A DNA stretch of 64,000 nt from assembly GCF_963921235.1 (NCBI RefSeq), contig NC_086097.1:87360001-87424000 (forward strand). The letters run 5' to 3'. Origin of the DNA: Mobula hypostoma. Taxonomy: Eukaryota. A program made the translations under genes and the position numbers. The notes under the pieces were generated by a model that ran no database searches, was not told the origin of the DNA, and saw nothing but the letters and a program-made list of their open reading frames with translations. Below are positions 1 through 12,450 of this stretch, piece after piece; position 1 is the first letter of the stretch, and each line of letters begins with the position of its first letter.

Positions 1-1616
1 TAAATCACAAGAGAAGATTGAAGCAATGCTACAGGCACCCAAACCAGAAAATGTGTCACAATCTATGTCATACTTGGGCCTTGTAAACTACTCCCCAACT
101 TTGCGACAGTACTGCATCCATTGAACGCTCTGTTGCAGGCAGAAGCAAAGTGGGGGTGGTCAGAAAGATGTGAAACAGTATTAAAAGAAAGAAAGAGACT
201 AATAACATCAGATGAACTGCTCACCGACTATGACCCATCCCTGTCCATCAGACTGGTGCGCATTACGTCCCCTTAAGGCATTGGAACTGTTTTGTCACAC
301 TCTATGAAAGATGGATCTGAACATCCGATTGCATTTGCTTCAAGATCACTGAAGAGCGCAGAATGTGACTAAGCACAGATGAACTGAGAGGCCCTTAGTC
401 CAGTATGGGGAATAAAGAAGTTCCACCACTACCTCTATAGACAAAAGTTTACACTAGTAACAGATCACCTGCCCCTTGTGTCTATTTTTAGTCTCAGCAA
501 GGGAATTTCAAAGCTGTTCACTACCCGGTTACAATGCTGGGCACCATTCCTAGCAGCCCACTCTTATGCCTATGTGTGGTGGTCGGGAATAAACAAACAG
601 ATTGAAGACTTGGTTAAAGCTGTCAAGATGCCAAAAAGGTCAAGATGCACCCCCATCGGAGTGGCTGTCATCACCATGGCAAAGAGTACATATTGATTTT
701 GCTGGACAATTTATGGACTTTATGTTTCTGATTGTTGTGGACGCTCATTCAAAGACGCCAGAGGTCATACCAATGAAATCAACCACCTCAGCAAAGACTG
801 TTTCCTCCCTGAGGACTACCTTCACCAGAAATGGCTTACCAGAACAAATTGTGAGTGACAATGGACCACAGTACACATTAGAAATTTCTGATTGTTCATG
901 AAGGAAAATGGCATCAGACATTTCAATTCAGTTCCTCACCACCCAGCTACAAGTGGGTTAGCTGAAAGGTTTATCCAAACCTTCAAGAAGTCAATGAAAG
1001 CTATGGACAAGGAGAACATTTCTCTAAAGCACAAGGAGGACATTTTCCTTTTTGTGTATTGGGACTCTGTTCATGCGATGACAAATCGAACACCTGCAAT
1101 GCTGTTCATGAGCAGAAATCTGATATCTACCATTGACCTCCTGAAAGCAGATCTCCAGAGGGAATTTCGAATAAACAGTTCAACCAGTTGCCAAGTAAAT
1201 CAGCAAGGAGCTTCAAGGTTGGACAGGAAGTCCTAGCGCATGATTACCGAGAAGGCAACTGGACACCCGATTAGATAGCTACAAGAACTGGACCACTGAT
1301 GTACACAGTAGATGTTGGAGATCATACATGGAGACATCATGTGGACTATATACTGGATGCTCAACTGAAGAACACACCTGAGTCGATTGCATCCAACAAA
1401 ATGGACACATTACAGACACTGGACTTACCTCTCAACGATGATTGTGTCACTGACAGCAACATGACACCGGCAACTGACATCATTGTCTTAGACAAGACAC
1501 CTGCCAAACCTGATGCCACTCCACAGGTCCAAAGGCAATATCCTGGAAATATCAAAGTACCACTTGAAAGACTGAATCTTTCAAACAGTGAGGTTAGTTA
1601 TGGACTGTTATTGTGA
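1..1616 (+). mobile_element. Decayed Gypsy (Ty3) LTR retrotransposon pol remnant (RNase H, integrase), truncated by the window start
   Basis: Broken frames give PIAFASRSL (RNase H), YVWWSGIN, PWQRVHIDFAG, VVDAHSKTPEV, GLPEQIVSDNGPQ and PHHPATSGLAERFIQTFK (integrase core), with many stops and frameshifts. Confidence 0.92.
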
Positions 1617-1695
1617 AAGCATATTTATTTGAATTTGATTTGTGAAAGGGAAATTGAATGTTTTGTACATATACATTTTCATGTTACATTAATCT

Positions 1696-1948
1696 AAAGA
1701 GGGAGGAAGTGTAATGTAGGGATCTATTTCTTTTAGAGCAATGACTCCCTTAGCACTACATATGATGTGCTGTCTACACATGCGTATTGATCTGTTTTCC
1801 ACACATATACATTGATTTATTGCTTGGGCATGGGCATTGTTTTTCCTCTCTCTCTCTCTCTCTCGCTGCAATGTGAATACACAAGTTAAAGCCATCTCCC
1901 GTGTAACATGCTTTTATTTAATTGATATGTGGTTGTATAGACACAACA
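1696..1948 (+). mobile_element. Polypurine tract (1696-1709) and 3' LTR (about 1710-1948) of the Gypsy element
   Basis: AAAGAGGGAGGAAG directly abuts TGTAATGTAGG; candidate end ...ACACAACA; follows the integrase remnant. Right edge approximate. Confidence 0.7.
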
Positions 1949-2644
1949 ACACCAATATACAGTATTGCCAAGATACTGTGACCGTACTTGTTAATTCTTG
2001 CTTTTGCATACTACAGTGTTTCAAATGTATTCAAGTACCTTTTCTGAAAGAATTTACAAAGCAATGCCTAATCTTCTAAAACATTGTTAAGGACAGTTAC
2101 TTGAGAAAACTAAAAATAATCATAATTATTATTTATTGAAAAATTTAACAAGTTGAAAGATGTATAATTTTAATATAATAACCACAGTAATGCAAGCAAT
2201 TTTATAGAAACACATTTTACCTTGTTCAGACAATTTTTCATTTAACAATTCTTTTTAGATTTTCACTTTTCTGAAAGATTACTTACCGAAAAAGTCAGTA
2301 TATAGAATTTTTCACATTAAACAGACACAATCACAACTCACAACGCAGGTAAACAACGTCAGGCAGTCCAAAAGAACTGACCAGCACAATGGCAAAAGAA
2401 AACTTTTTTGACTACATGGCATTAGCATTCAGCAGGCCTGTGTTTTATTATCAATAAGCTACCAACTTCCATTCTGTGTTTATTGTTACTATTTATTACA
2501 GTGTTGTAACTTGAAACACTGACAATGCAAATAAGTTGAAATTCTAAAATTTTTCAAAGTACAGGTTGTGGTATGTTATTATTTTAAAAAATTATGGATT
2601 ATATTCATTAACACATAATTAATTACAGGGTATTTCACAATTAT

Positions 2645-5600
2645 AGACAATAGACAATAGGTGCAGGAGTAGGCCATTCGGCCCTTCGAGCCAGCACCAC
2701 CATTCACTGTGATCATGGCTGATCATCCACAATCAGTATCCATTTCCTGCCTTGTCCCCATTACTTTTGATTCCGCTATCTTTAAGAGCGCTATCAATCT
2801 CTTTCTTGAAAGCATCCAGAGACTTGGCCTCCACAGCCTTCTGGGGCAGAGCATTCCATATATCCACCACTCTCTGGGTGAAAAAGTTTTTCCTCAACTC
2901 CGTTCTAAATGGCCTACCCCTTATTCTTAAACTGTGGCCTCTGGTTCTGGACTCACCCATCAACGGGAACATGCTTTCTGCCTCCAGCGTGTCCAATCCC
3001 TTAATAATCTTATATGTTTCAATAAGATCCCCTCTCAGCCTTCTAAATTCCAGAGTATACAAGCCCAGTCACTCCAATCTTTTGACATATGACAGTCCCG
3101 CCATCCCAGGAATTAACCTTGTGAACCTAGGCTGCACTCCCTCAATAGCAAGGTTGTCCTTCCTCAAATTTGGAAACCAAAACTCCACACAGTACTCCAG
3201 GTGTGGTCTCACCAGGGCCCTGTACAGCTGCAGAAGGACCTCTTTGCTCTTATACTCATTTCCCCTTGTTATGAAGGCCAGCATGCCATTAGCTTTCTTC
3301 GCTGCCTGCTGTACTTGCATGCTTGCTTTCAGTGACTGATGTACAAGAACACCTAGATCTCGTTGTGCTTCCCCTTTTCCTAACTTGACTTAATTTAGAT
3401 AATAATCTGCCTTCCCGTTCTTACCACCAAAGTGGATATCCTCACATTTATCCACATTAAACTGCATCTGCCCACTCACCCAGCCTGTCCAAGTCACCCT
3501 GCATTCTCATAACATCCTCCTCGCATTTCACACTGCCACCCAGCTTTGTGTCATCGGCAAATTTGCTAATGTTACTTTTAATTCCCTCATCTAAATCATT
3601 AATATATATTGTAAACAGCTGCGGTCCCAGCACTGAACCCTGCGGTACCCCACTGGTCACTGCCTGCCATTCCGAAAGGGACCTGTTAATCGCTACTCTT
3701 TGTTTTCTGTCAGCCAGCCAATTTTCAGTCCATGTCAGTACTCTGCCCCCAATACCATGTGCCCTAATTTTGCCCACTAATCTCCTATGTGGGACTTTAT
3801 CAAAGGCTTTCTGAAAGTCCAGGTACACTACATCCACTGGCTCTCCCTTGTCCATTTTCATAGTTACATCCACAAAAAATTTCAGAAGATTAGTCAAGCA
3901 CGATTTCCCCTTCGTAAATCCATGCTGACTCGGACCAATCCTGTTATTGCTATCCAGATGTGTCATAATTTCATCTTTTATAATTGACTCCAGCATTTTT
4001 CCCACCACCGACGTCAGGCTAACTGGTCTATAATTCCCTGTTTTCTCTCTTCTTCCCTTCTTGAAGAGAGGGACAACACTAGCCACCCTCCAATCCACAG
4101 GAACTGATCCTGAATCTATAGAACATTGGAAAATGATTACCAATGCATCCACAATTACTAAAGCCACCTCCTTAAGTACCCTGGGATGCAGACCATCAGG
4201 TCCCGGGGACTTATCAGCCTTCAGACCCAACAGCCTATCCAACACCATTTCCTGCCTAATATAAATTTCCTTCAATTCATCCATTACCCTAGGTCCTTTC
4301 TGGGAGATTGTTCGTGTCTTCCCTAGTGAAGACAAATCCAAAGTACCTGTTCAACTCGTCTGCCATTTCCTTGTTCCCCATAATAAATTCACCCACTTCT
4401 GTCTTCAAGGGCCCAATTTTGGTCTTAACTATTTTTTTCCTTTTCACATACCTAAAGAAGCTTTTACTATCCTCCTTTATATTCTTGGCTAGTTTACCTT
4501 CGTACCTCATTTTTTCTCCGTGTATTGCCTTTTTAGTTACCTTCTGTTGCTCTTTAAAAGTTTCCCAATCCTCTGGCTTCCCACTTGTCTTTGCTATGTT
4601 ATACTTCCCTTTTATTTTTATACTGTCCTTTACTTCCCTTGTCAGCCACGGCCTCCCCTTACTCCCCTTAGGATCTTTCTTCCTCTTTGGATTGAACTGA
4701 TCCTGCACCTTCAACATTATTCCCAGAAACACTTGCCATTGCTGTTCCACTGTCATCCCTGCTAAGGTATTGTTCCATTGAACTTTGGCCAGCTCCTCCC
4801 TAGCACCATAGTTCCCTTTGTTCAACTGTAATACTGACACTTCCGAGTTTCCCTTCTCCCTCTCAAATTGTAGATTAAAACTTATCATATTATAGTCACT
4901 AACTCCTAATGGCTCCTTTACCTCGAGGTCCCTGATCAAATCCGGTTCATTGCACAACACTAAATCTAGAATTGTGTTCTCTCTGGTAGGCTCCAGTACA
5001 AGCTGTTCTAAGAATCCATCTCGGAGGCACTCCACAACCTCCCTTTCTTGGGGTCCAGTACCAACCCGATTCCTCCAGTCTACCTGCATGTTGAAGTCCC
5101 CCATAACAACTGTAGCATTACCTTTGCAACATGCCAATTTTAACTCTTGATTCAATTTACACCCAACATCCAGACTACTGTTTGGAGGCCTGTAGATAAC
5201 TCCCATTAGGGTCTTTCTACCCTTAGAATTTCTCAGTTCTATCCATACTGACTCTACGTCTCCTGATTCTATGTCCCCCCTCGCAAGGGACTGAATATCA
5301 TTCCTCACCAACAGAGCCACCCCACCCCCTCTGCCCATCAGTCTGTCCTTTCGATAGGACGTATATCCTTGAATATTCATTTCCCAGGCCCTGTCCACTT
5401 GAAGCCATGTCTCTGTTATTCCCACAACATCATACTTACCAATTTCCAACTGAGCCTCAAGCTCATCCACTTTATTTCTTATACTCCGTGCATCCATATA
5501 CAATACTTTTAATTCATTACTCCCCTCACCTCCCATATCAATTCCTATTTCACTTGGCCATACTGTACGATCCCTTCTTGAGCTTTCTGCTCTGTTGATG

Positions 5601-5739
5601 CTGCTGTCTTTCTTAACTTTTCTTATTCTCACTTTCCCTTTATCTCCATCCTTATGTTTCCAGTTCATCCCCTCCCCGCCACTACTTAGTTCAAACACAC
5701 CCATGTTGCAGAGGCAAACCTGCCTGCCAGAATGCTGGT
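2645..5739 (-). mobile_element. CR1 LINE (family A), 5'-truncated: last ~18 codons of ORF1, whole ORF2 (APE + RT) broken by frameshifts, (ATTGTCT)n tail
   Basis: ORFs 4289-5704 (ARSIRNK, GITETWL, YRPPN, MGDFN), 3457-4341 (KSPGPDG, LDFQKAFD, GVPQGSVLGP, FADDTKL), 3069-3320 and 2733-3062. TSILAGRFASATWVCLN* at 5739-5686 resembles a CR1 ORF1 esterase C-terminus. Confidence 0.97.
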
Positions 5740-6380
5740 TAATATAGTTATATTAACTATATAAAAGAGGGTTCCATCTGCATGGCAGCAAAGGCTATGT
5801 GAGCGGGAGCATTTCAGTTACTGTGTGGCTGCACACATGCAGCTTAGAGATGACAATGCTGGGAACACAAAAAGATTTATGCCCCTGTGTACGTTACTTT
5901 TAATAATTGATAGTCAGTATAAAGTTGAGTAGATTACCAGTTCTTGACACAACATACATAGTACCCAATAATATGGAATACATAGGCACAGGTATATTAT
6001 ATGAAAAGACCATACTTGAAACACAACATCACCAGGTGAAGTGATACCAAAAAGGACAGTGAAAAGAACATTGTAATGTGCTCATGTTTTGAATTTAAAA
6101 TAATTGTAAAAGACAACTATTGTATTTCTGATTTTATTTCCCTTATACTGTACATATGCATGTTACAATAAATATTCTCATATTTTTGTGTTCAGCATAA
6201 ACATCCAGACATTGTGTTGTTTTTCCAAGTGGAACATCAAATTTATTTCCTTACGTATTCATTTTGGGGCACCTTAGTGTCATTGGCAAGATCAGTATTT
6301 AATGCGCATCTCTAATTGCCATTGAGAAGGTGATCATGAGCCATCTTCAAACTGTCGCAGTTAATACTCCCACAATCTTT

Positions 6381-6666
6381 TGGCCAAGTGGGTAAGGCGT
6401 TCGTCTAGTGATCTGAAGGTTGCCTTGGCTGAGGCAGCGTGTGTCCTTGAGCAAGGCACTTAACCACACATTGCTCTGCGATGACACTGGTGCCAAGCTG
6501 TATGGGTCCTAATGCCCTTCCCTTGGACAACATCGGTGGCGTGGAGAGGGGAGATTTGCAGCATGGGCAACTTGCTGGTCTTCCATACAACCTTGCCCAG
6601 GCCTGTGCCCTGGAAACCTTCCAAGGTGCAAATCCATGGTCTCATGAGACTAACGGATACCTATCT
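6381..6666 (+). mobile_element. tRNA-derived SINE with CORE-like block and RTE-like body and tail
   Basis: A-box TGGCCAAGTGG; CORE-like gtgtccttgagcaaggcacttaacc; short (CTAT)n tail; TSD ATCTTT at 6375-6380 and 6667-6672. Confidence 0.8.
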
Positions 6667-6795
6667 ATCTTTAAGACAGAGGATTCCAGGATTTAGACTC
6701 AGTGATAATGAAAGGACAGTTAACTGCTGAAAGGATGGTTTGTGACTTGGAAGGGAACCTGCATTCCTGTATGCCCATTGCCTTGCACTCTTTCA

Positions 6796-6995
6796 AAGTT
6801 GCTGGTGAACGCAGCAGGCCAGGCAGCATCTCTAGGAAGAGGTACAGTTGACGTTTCAGGCTGAGACCCTTCGTCAGGTCTCGGCCTGAAACGTCAACTG
6901 TACCTCTTCCTAGAGATGCTGCCTGGCCTGCTGCGTTCACCAGCAACTTTGATGTGTGTTGCTTGAATTTCCAGCATCTGCAGAATTCCTCGTGT
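6796..6995. mobile_element. Penelope-like pLTR fold-back insertion with 18-bp TSD
   Basis: Inverted arms about 6794-6868 and 6877-6951; TSD TTGCCTTGCACTCTTTCA at 6778-6795 and 6996-7013; same sequence as the pLTRs linked to GIY-YIG ends elsewhere in the window. Confidence 0.9.
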
Positions 6996-8481
6996 TTGCC
7001 TTGCACTCTTTCATGCTTTTGGAGGTTCAAGAAAAAGAACTGTAGTGCATCTTGTAGATGGTGATGGCAGGAATGAACTTCGGGGGTGGTGGATTGACAA
7101 CCAATCAAGCATGATGCTTTGTATTGGATGATGTAATTCGAGAGAAGTGTAATTGCTAATTTAATTATTAGCCCTCAGTGGGATTCCTTACAAAATTGTT
7201 GGCAAACAATAAGCATGTTTTTTTCCAATATAAAAAGACAAAATAAATAGTTTCCCTTTGGATTAGAAATATTACGCAGCTCTGTCCACACAAAGAAGAT
7301 TCCGTAAATCTTAGGTTTATTATAAAATATTCTGGGACTTTAATTGAGCTCTTATGGATTACTTACAGATTCCATCTGCTTCTAAGCAGTTCCCTGTTTT
7401 ATATTAATTTAATTAGTAAAATTCCAATTTAGTTTCATGAGTTTGTGCCAATGATTTGGAGAATTTATTCTACAGATCTGTGTGCTTTTCTGACAAATAC
7501 TCAAACCTTGAAAACACAGTAAGCGGTAACTGGGAATTTTGGTCTTCAACAGAAGGCACAATGAGGAGACTGGCAGACAGTTTTCATTCAGTACTTTGTC
7601 TCAGGGTGCAATGGTAGTATTCTAACAGACGGCAGCACCTGGTCCCTCTAGGATTGTACAGATGGTGTATTTGCCTGATCATTTATCATATTAAAGATGA
7701 GTGTAATTTTCAGTTAATATTATTTTTGGAAAGCTATTTATTACTTTTTGAAAACCTGAGCTTTCCTAAAGTATCCTGTATCATTCGGTAGCAGCTGATG
7801 ATTGTTTGTACTGATGTTCAAGAAGAAAAGTCTTTGTCAACTACATTAAGTTTGGTTTGAGGGGTGGGGTCAGGATTGGCATGATCGGGAAGAGAGGGAG
7901 AACTCAGTCTCATTTATCATATAGGAGATATGATGTGAGGATCTATTGAAATATAATTCACACAGTGGTGCTCTGCATTCATAAACAATGCAAACAATTA
8001 TTTAGACAGACAATTTTTTCAGAAGTATTATTTCGACACGAATTCAAATAATGTGAAATTTTATGAACAGTAGTTCAACCTGCCGTGGTTCAACAGTGGT
8101 TTTACTGATAATTTTATTGATAATGTGCCACCTTATGATTAGATTTGTTAATTACATTGATCCATCTTATTACTTGATTAATAGATTATACTTGTTTATC
8201 TTAACATTAGATTTGGTGATGGTATATCCAGGTTTCTCTGTTGGAGTGACTGAGCTGAGGCTGTGGTCTGTTCTGGCTACAGTGATGCCTGGCTTCATGT
8301 CTTGCGTAAAACTTCAGTTCTGAATGCTATTTGCTTACTTTTATTGTTTATATGACTTTTTTTCTCTGCACATTGTGTACTTGACGGTCTTTTCAATGGG
8401 TTCTTTTGAGGTTTCTTTGTTTTGTAGCTTCTTATAAGGAGACGAATCTCAAGATTGTATAAAGCATACATACTTCGATAA

Positions 8482-8870
8482 GTCGGGCAGGTGGGCTCGT
8501 CAGCCTTGGACGGCAGCCCGCCTGGGAGAAGGAAAACTCTGATTTTAAACCTCCACTGACTTGCGGCCATACCCACCCATGGGAAAGGCTTCGGGAGTAA
8601 ACCCTGAGGAAGAAATCCGGAGCCGGGGTCCCTAAGGAAGTTCTATATTGTTTACAACTTCACTCTGGCAACCTCTGCGACGACACTGGTGCCAAGCTGT
8701 ATTGGTGCTTGCCCTTCCCTTGGACAACATCAGTGACGTGGAGAGGGGGAACCCGCTGCATGGGCAACAGCCGTTTCTTCAAATCTTCCCGCCCAGGTTT
8801 GAGCCCTAAAGAGGACAGAGTCCACCAGAGACGCAAACCCATGAACCCCTGGGATCAACAGTTGCCTACC
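8482..8870 (+). mobile_element. RTE-derived non-autonomous element inserted in a LINE 3'UTR remnant (8330-8905)
   Basis: RTE 5'UTR-type motif ggagaaggaaaactctgattttaaacc; imperfect TSD tact(c/t)gataa at 8471-8481 and 8871-8881. Confidence 0.7.
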
Positions 8871-9372
8871 TACTTTGATAATAAATGTACCTTGAACTTT
8901 GAACTTTTGCAAAGCAAACAAAAATAATGCATGGAATTATGGTAAGAACCTTGTGAACTGTAAACCTGATCCAATCCATTTGGATGTGACAAAACCAGGG
9001 CAATTTTACAACTTATTGCCAGGCATAAAATTGGCGTTGAAAATTGCCTTGCTATTAGATAAACAACAATTTGCTTTTGCAATCAGCACTTAATTCTGTT
9101 TCTGCTTATACTAAAGGCAGACAAATGATCTACCTCAAGTAAAGATTTTAATTTTAGCTGTCAAACTTAAGATGAACAATTGGTTGCAATAATAGTGCAG
9201 ACTTAATTAATGCAATTTTGTCTTGTATTGAATTTTCAATATGAAACACAACTGAAAGGAGATAGCTTAAACGTAAACAACAGGAATTCTGCAGATGCTG
9301 GAAATTCAAGCAACACACATAAAAGTTGCTGGTGAACGCAGCAGGCCAGGCAGCATCTGTAGGAAGAGGTGC

Positions 9373-9408
9373 AGTCGACGTTTCAGGCCGAGACCCTTCG
9401 TCAGGACT
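9373..9408 (-). ncRNA. Minimal type I hammerhead ribozyme motif (Penelope pLTR)
   Basis: Reverse complement reads AGUC CUGACGA AGGGUCUCGGCCU GAAA CG UC GACU: intact core, stem I AGUC/GACU, palindromic ACGU in place of stem III. Confidence 0.8.
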
Positions 9409-9980
9409 AACTGAAGGAAGAGTGAGTAAGGGATTTGAAAGTTGGAGGGGGAGGGGGAGATCCAAAATGATAGGAGAAGACAGGAGGGGGAGGGATAGAG
9501 CCAAGAGCTGGACAGGTGATAGGCAAAAGGGGATACGAGAGGATCATGGGACAGGAGGTCCGGGAAGAAAGACAAGCGGGGGGGAGGAACCCAGAGGATG
9601 GGCAAGAGGAACAACACCTTATATTCTGTCTGGGTAGCCTCCAACCTGATGGCATGAACATCGACTTCTCTAACTTCCGCTAAGGCCCCACCTCCCCCTC
9701 GTACCCCATCTGTTACTTATTTTTATGCACACATTCTTTCTCTCACTCTCCTTTTTCTCCCTCTGTCCCTCTGAATATACCTCTTGCCCATCCTCTGGGT
9801 CCCTCCTCCTCCCTTGTCTTTCTTCCCGGACCTCCTGTCCCATGATCCTCTCGTATCCCCTTTTGCCTATCACCTGTCCAGCTCTTGGCTCTATCCCTCC
9901 TCCTCCTGTCTTCTCCTATCATTTTGGATCTCCCCCTCCCCCTCCAACTTTCAAATCCCTTACTCACTCTTCCTTCAGTA

Positions 9981-10016
9981 AGTCCTGACGAAGGATCTCG
10001 GCCTGAAACGTCGACT
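9981..10016 (+). ncRNA. Minimal hammerhead ribozyme motif
   Basis: AGUC CUGACGA AGGAUCUCGGCCU GAAA CG UC GACU; predicted cleavage after C10012. Confidence 0.78.
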
Positions 10017-10340
10017 GCACCTTTTCCTACAGATGCTGCCTGGCCTGCTGCGTTCACCAGCAACTTTTATGTGTGTTGCTTGAAAGGAGATAGTTGTATC
10101 TTTAAAGCAACACTGAATTGCTGAACCACAGGTCTGATTTTTTTGTCACACTGGAACTAAAAGTCAGATAAAGGAGAAAACGATCCTTTTCAGCCTTAAT
10201 TAATATCAGACAGGAACACACTGGAGTATATTAGTAAATTTGATTGGTGAGATCTACAGTTGCTCCATCTCTTGCCCAAGGTTTTACTCCAACACTGAAT
10301 CACTACTGATAGCTCTTCCACAACCCACCATAATCAAATA

Positions 10341-11025
10341 TCACACACAAAAAATGCTGGTGAACGCAGCAGGCCAGGCAGCATCTGTAGGAAGAAGTAT
10401 AGTCGATGTTTCAGGCCGAGACCCTTTGTCAGGACTAACTGAAAGAAGAGATAGTAAGAGATTTGAAAGTGGGAGGGGGAGGGGGAGATCCGAAATGATA
10501 GGGGAAGACAGGAGGGGGAGGGATGGAGCTAAGAGCTGGAAAGTTGATTGGCAAAAGGGATACGAGGCTGGAGAACGGACAGGATCATGGGATGGGAGGC
10601 CTAGGGAGAGAGAAAGGGGGAGGGGAGCCTCTGGAGAGCAGGCAAGTAGTGAGGGGGACAGAGGGAGAAAAAAGAGAGAGAAAAAAGGGGGGGAATAAAT
10701 AAACAAATAAATAAATAAGGGATGGGGTACGAAGGGGAGGAGGGGCATTAACGGAAGTTAGAGAAGTCAATGTTCATGCCATCAGGTTGGAAGCTACCCA
10801 GACAGAATATAAGGTGTTGCTCCTCCAACCTGAGTGTGGCTTCATCTTGACAGTAGAGGAGGCCGTGGATAGACATGTCAGAATGGGAATGGGATGTGGA
10901 ATTAAAATGTGTGGCCTCTAGGAGATCCTGCTTTCTCTGGCAGACAGAGCGTAGGTGTTCAGCAAAACGGTCTCCCAGTCTGCATCGGGTCTCACCAATA
11001 TATAGAAGGCCACACCGGGAGCACC
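10341..11025 (-). mobile_element. 5'-truncated Penelope-like element: GIY-YIG endonuclease end plus pLTR with mutated hammerhead (10401-10436)
   Basis: ORF 10748-11047 CSRCGLLYIGETRCRLGDRFAEHLRSV...EEQHLIF; hammerhead core reads CUGACAA. Confidence 0.92.
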
Positions 11026-11068
11026 AGGAGCAATCATTATATTGCACGTAGCAATAAACCCATTATCT

Positions 11069-11440
11069 GGGTGGCGAGGTAGAGATACATCTGTATCAAA
11101 GGAGGTGTAACGTTCTCCTTCCCTCCGCTAGCCTGCAGGTCACCCTTGGGCAAGTTGTAGTACCTGCTTCAGCTCTCCCCACCCCCAATTAGGATCATGT
11201 GAAGCCATGTGGTGAATGGCCATATATGCAGCTGGTATATATCACTAGTTCTGATTTTGTGACCGCTGACAAAAGGGAGACGATCTCTGAAGAGTATCGA
11301 TAATGGCTGGGGTCACCTGTCTTGTAAAGACACCATCCTGAAGAAAGCAATAGCTAACCAATTCTGTAGAAAATAATTGCCAAGAACCATCATGGTCATG
11401 GAAAGACCATGATCGCCTGCGTCATCATGGTCATCATATA
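11069..11440 (+). mobile_element. RTE-related non-autonomous retroelement, family copy 1
   Basis: Homologous to 27991-28160 and 55556-55884; RTE-like tail 'aagcaatagctaacca..ctgtagaaa..gccaagaaccatcatggtc'. Confidence 0.7.
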
Positions 11441-11599
11441 ATGCACGAACGAATGAGCAATATACGAATTCTAAGGTAAGTTAGTTTGTTTATGAGTTGT
11501 CTTAATTGGTGCAATAAACTTCAGATTAACGGTTTTGAAAAAAATCTCTGCTAATATATTAAAATAACAGAGAAATGTAAAGCAATAGGATGTTCAGCT

Positions 11600-12450
11600 T
11601 TAAATATTGAGAAGGTTGATTTCATGGGTCCAGAGGTTGCATGGGATGGTTAGCACAGCATTTACTATAAAAGGTAAATTTGTTGTACTGTTGAAATCAA
11701 GAGGAGTTGTTTAAATCAGCTCCATCAATGATCCACTGGCATACAATGCTACCTATTGACATGATAATGAAGATGTCAATGATAAAAAGGGAAATGAAGG
11801 AGAGGAAGATGGAATGTAGCCTAGACATAGACTTGTCAATATTCTGCACTCTGATCTGTCTCTCCATCATCTGTATCCTCAGTCCCATTCATCACCTTGC
11901 AGCCTTTTACCAGGAATAATTGATATAGTAAATGAGGAGATCCATATAGCACAGTGAACTGGAGGGAGAGGGCTTTGGTACAGATTCATCTTCTCAGTGG
12001 AGACTCAAGAGATGGTGTATTTAACTTGGAGTCAAGGGATTGAGAAGTCATGAGAAAGGATGTTTAACGAACATCACAGATTGACTTCCAGGGACTTAGT
12101 TTTAGTTCTTGAGATTAGAGCTCTCTGTTGATAATATCAAGAAAGAATATTTTCATTGTAATCGTCAGTGAAGCAATTTCAGTCAATTCAAGGAATAGCT
12201 AGGCATTGATCAGAGCATACAGCTCCACAGGTACACTGGTGACTGTGTGTCTGGACTTAACCTGCCAAACCCTGCCTCAAAGGGGAAAGTGTCAGCATTC
12301 TCCCTCAGGGTGAGCTAGTGAAATGGAGCAACTGGCCAGAAATAATACAGTAAGGAGCCAGGTTTTTTTTAAAATGAGATACATCACATAATCGTGTAAG
12401 ATCTTTTACAGTTAACAAGCTCTCACAGTTCCAGCTCTTCTCTTATGTCT
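11600..12450 (-). mobile_element. Highly decayed LINE (L2-like) fragment
   Basis: Purine-biased degenerate sequence resembling an L2 ORF2 endonuclease/linker region; no intact motif. Confidence 0.35.

Larger units (their letters stand above)
6270..7140 (-). mobile_element. Old LINE 3' fragment (CR1/L2-like) split by a SINE and a Penelope hairpin
   Basis: Degenerate 'ggcaagatcagtattt...ctaattgccattgagaaggtg' end; the sequence resumes at 6673-6795 and at 7014-7140 across TSDs. Confidence 0.5.
9266..10080. mobile_element. Penelope-like element with inverted pLTRs and GIY-YIG C-terminus, 13-bp TSD
   Basis: Minus arm 9268-9609; plus arm 9606-10080 encoding EQHLIFCLGSLQPDGMNIDFSNFR*; TSD TGAAAGGAGATAG at 9253-9265 and 10081-10093. 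Confidence 0.92.

Noticed and set aside
5742..5762. 9-bp AT-rich hairpin beside the CR1 5' junction
   Set aside because: Low complexity and plausible by chance.
6794..6951. miRNA precursor or DNA-transposon MITE
   Set aside because: The arms are Penelope pLTR sequence, and the long variable TSDs point to retrotransposition.
8482..8555. HDV-like ribozyme in the RTE 5' motif
   Set aside because: Stem order is vaguely similar, but the L3 loop lacks the pyrimidine/CC signature needed for P1.1 and no convincing P2 was found.
9326..9637. Recurrent 'MLVNAAGQAAS...' ORFs as a peptide gene family
   Set aside because: They are antisense readings of the Penelope pLTR with inconsistent lengths and frames.
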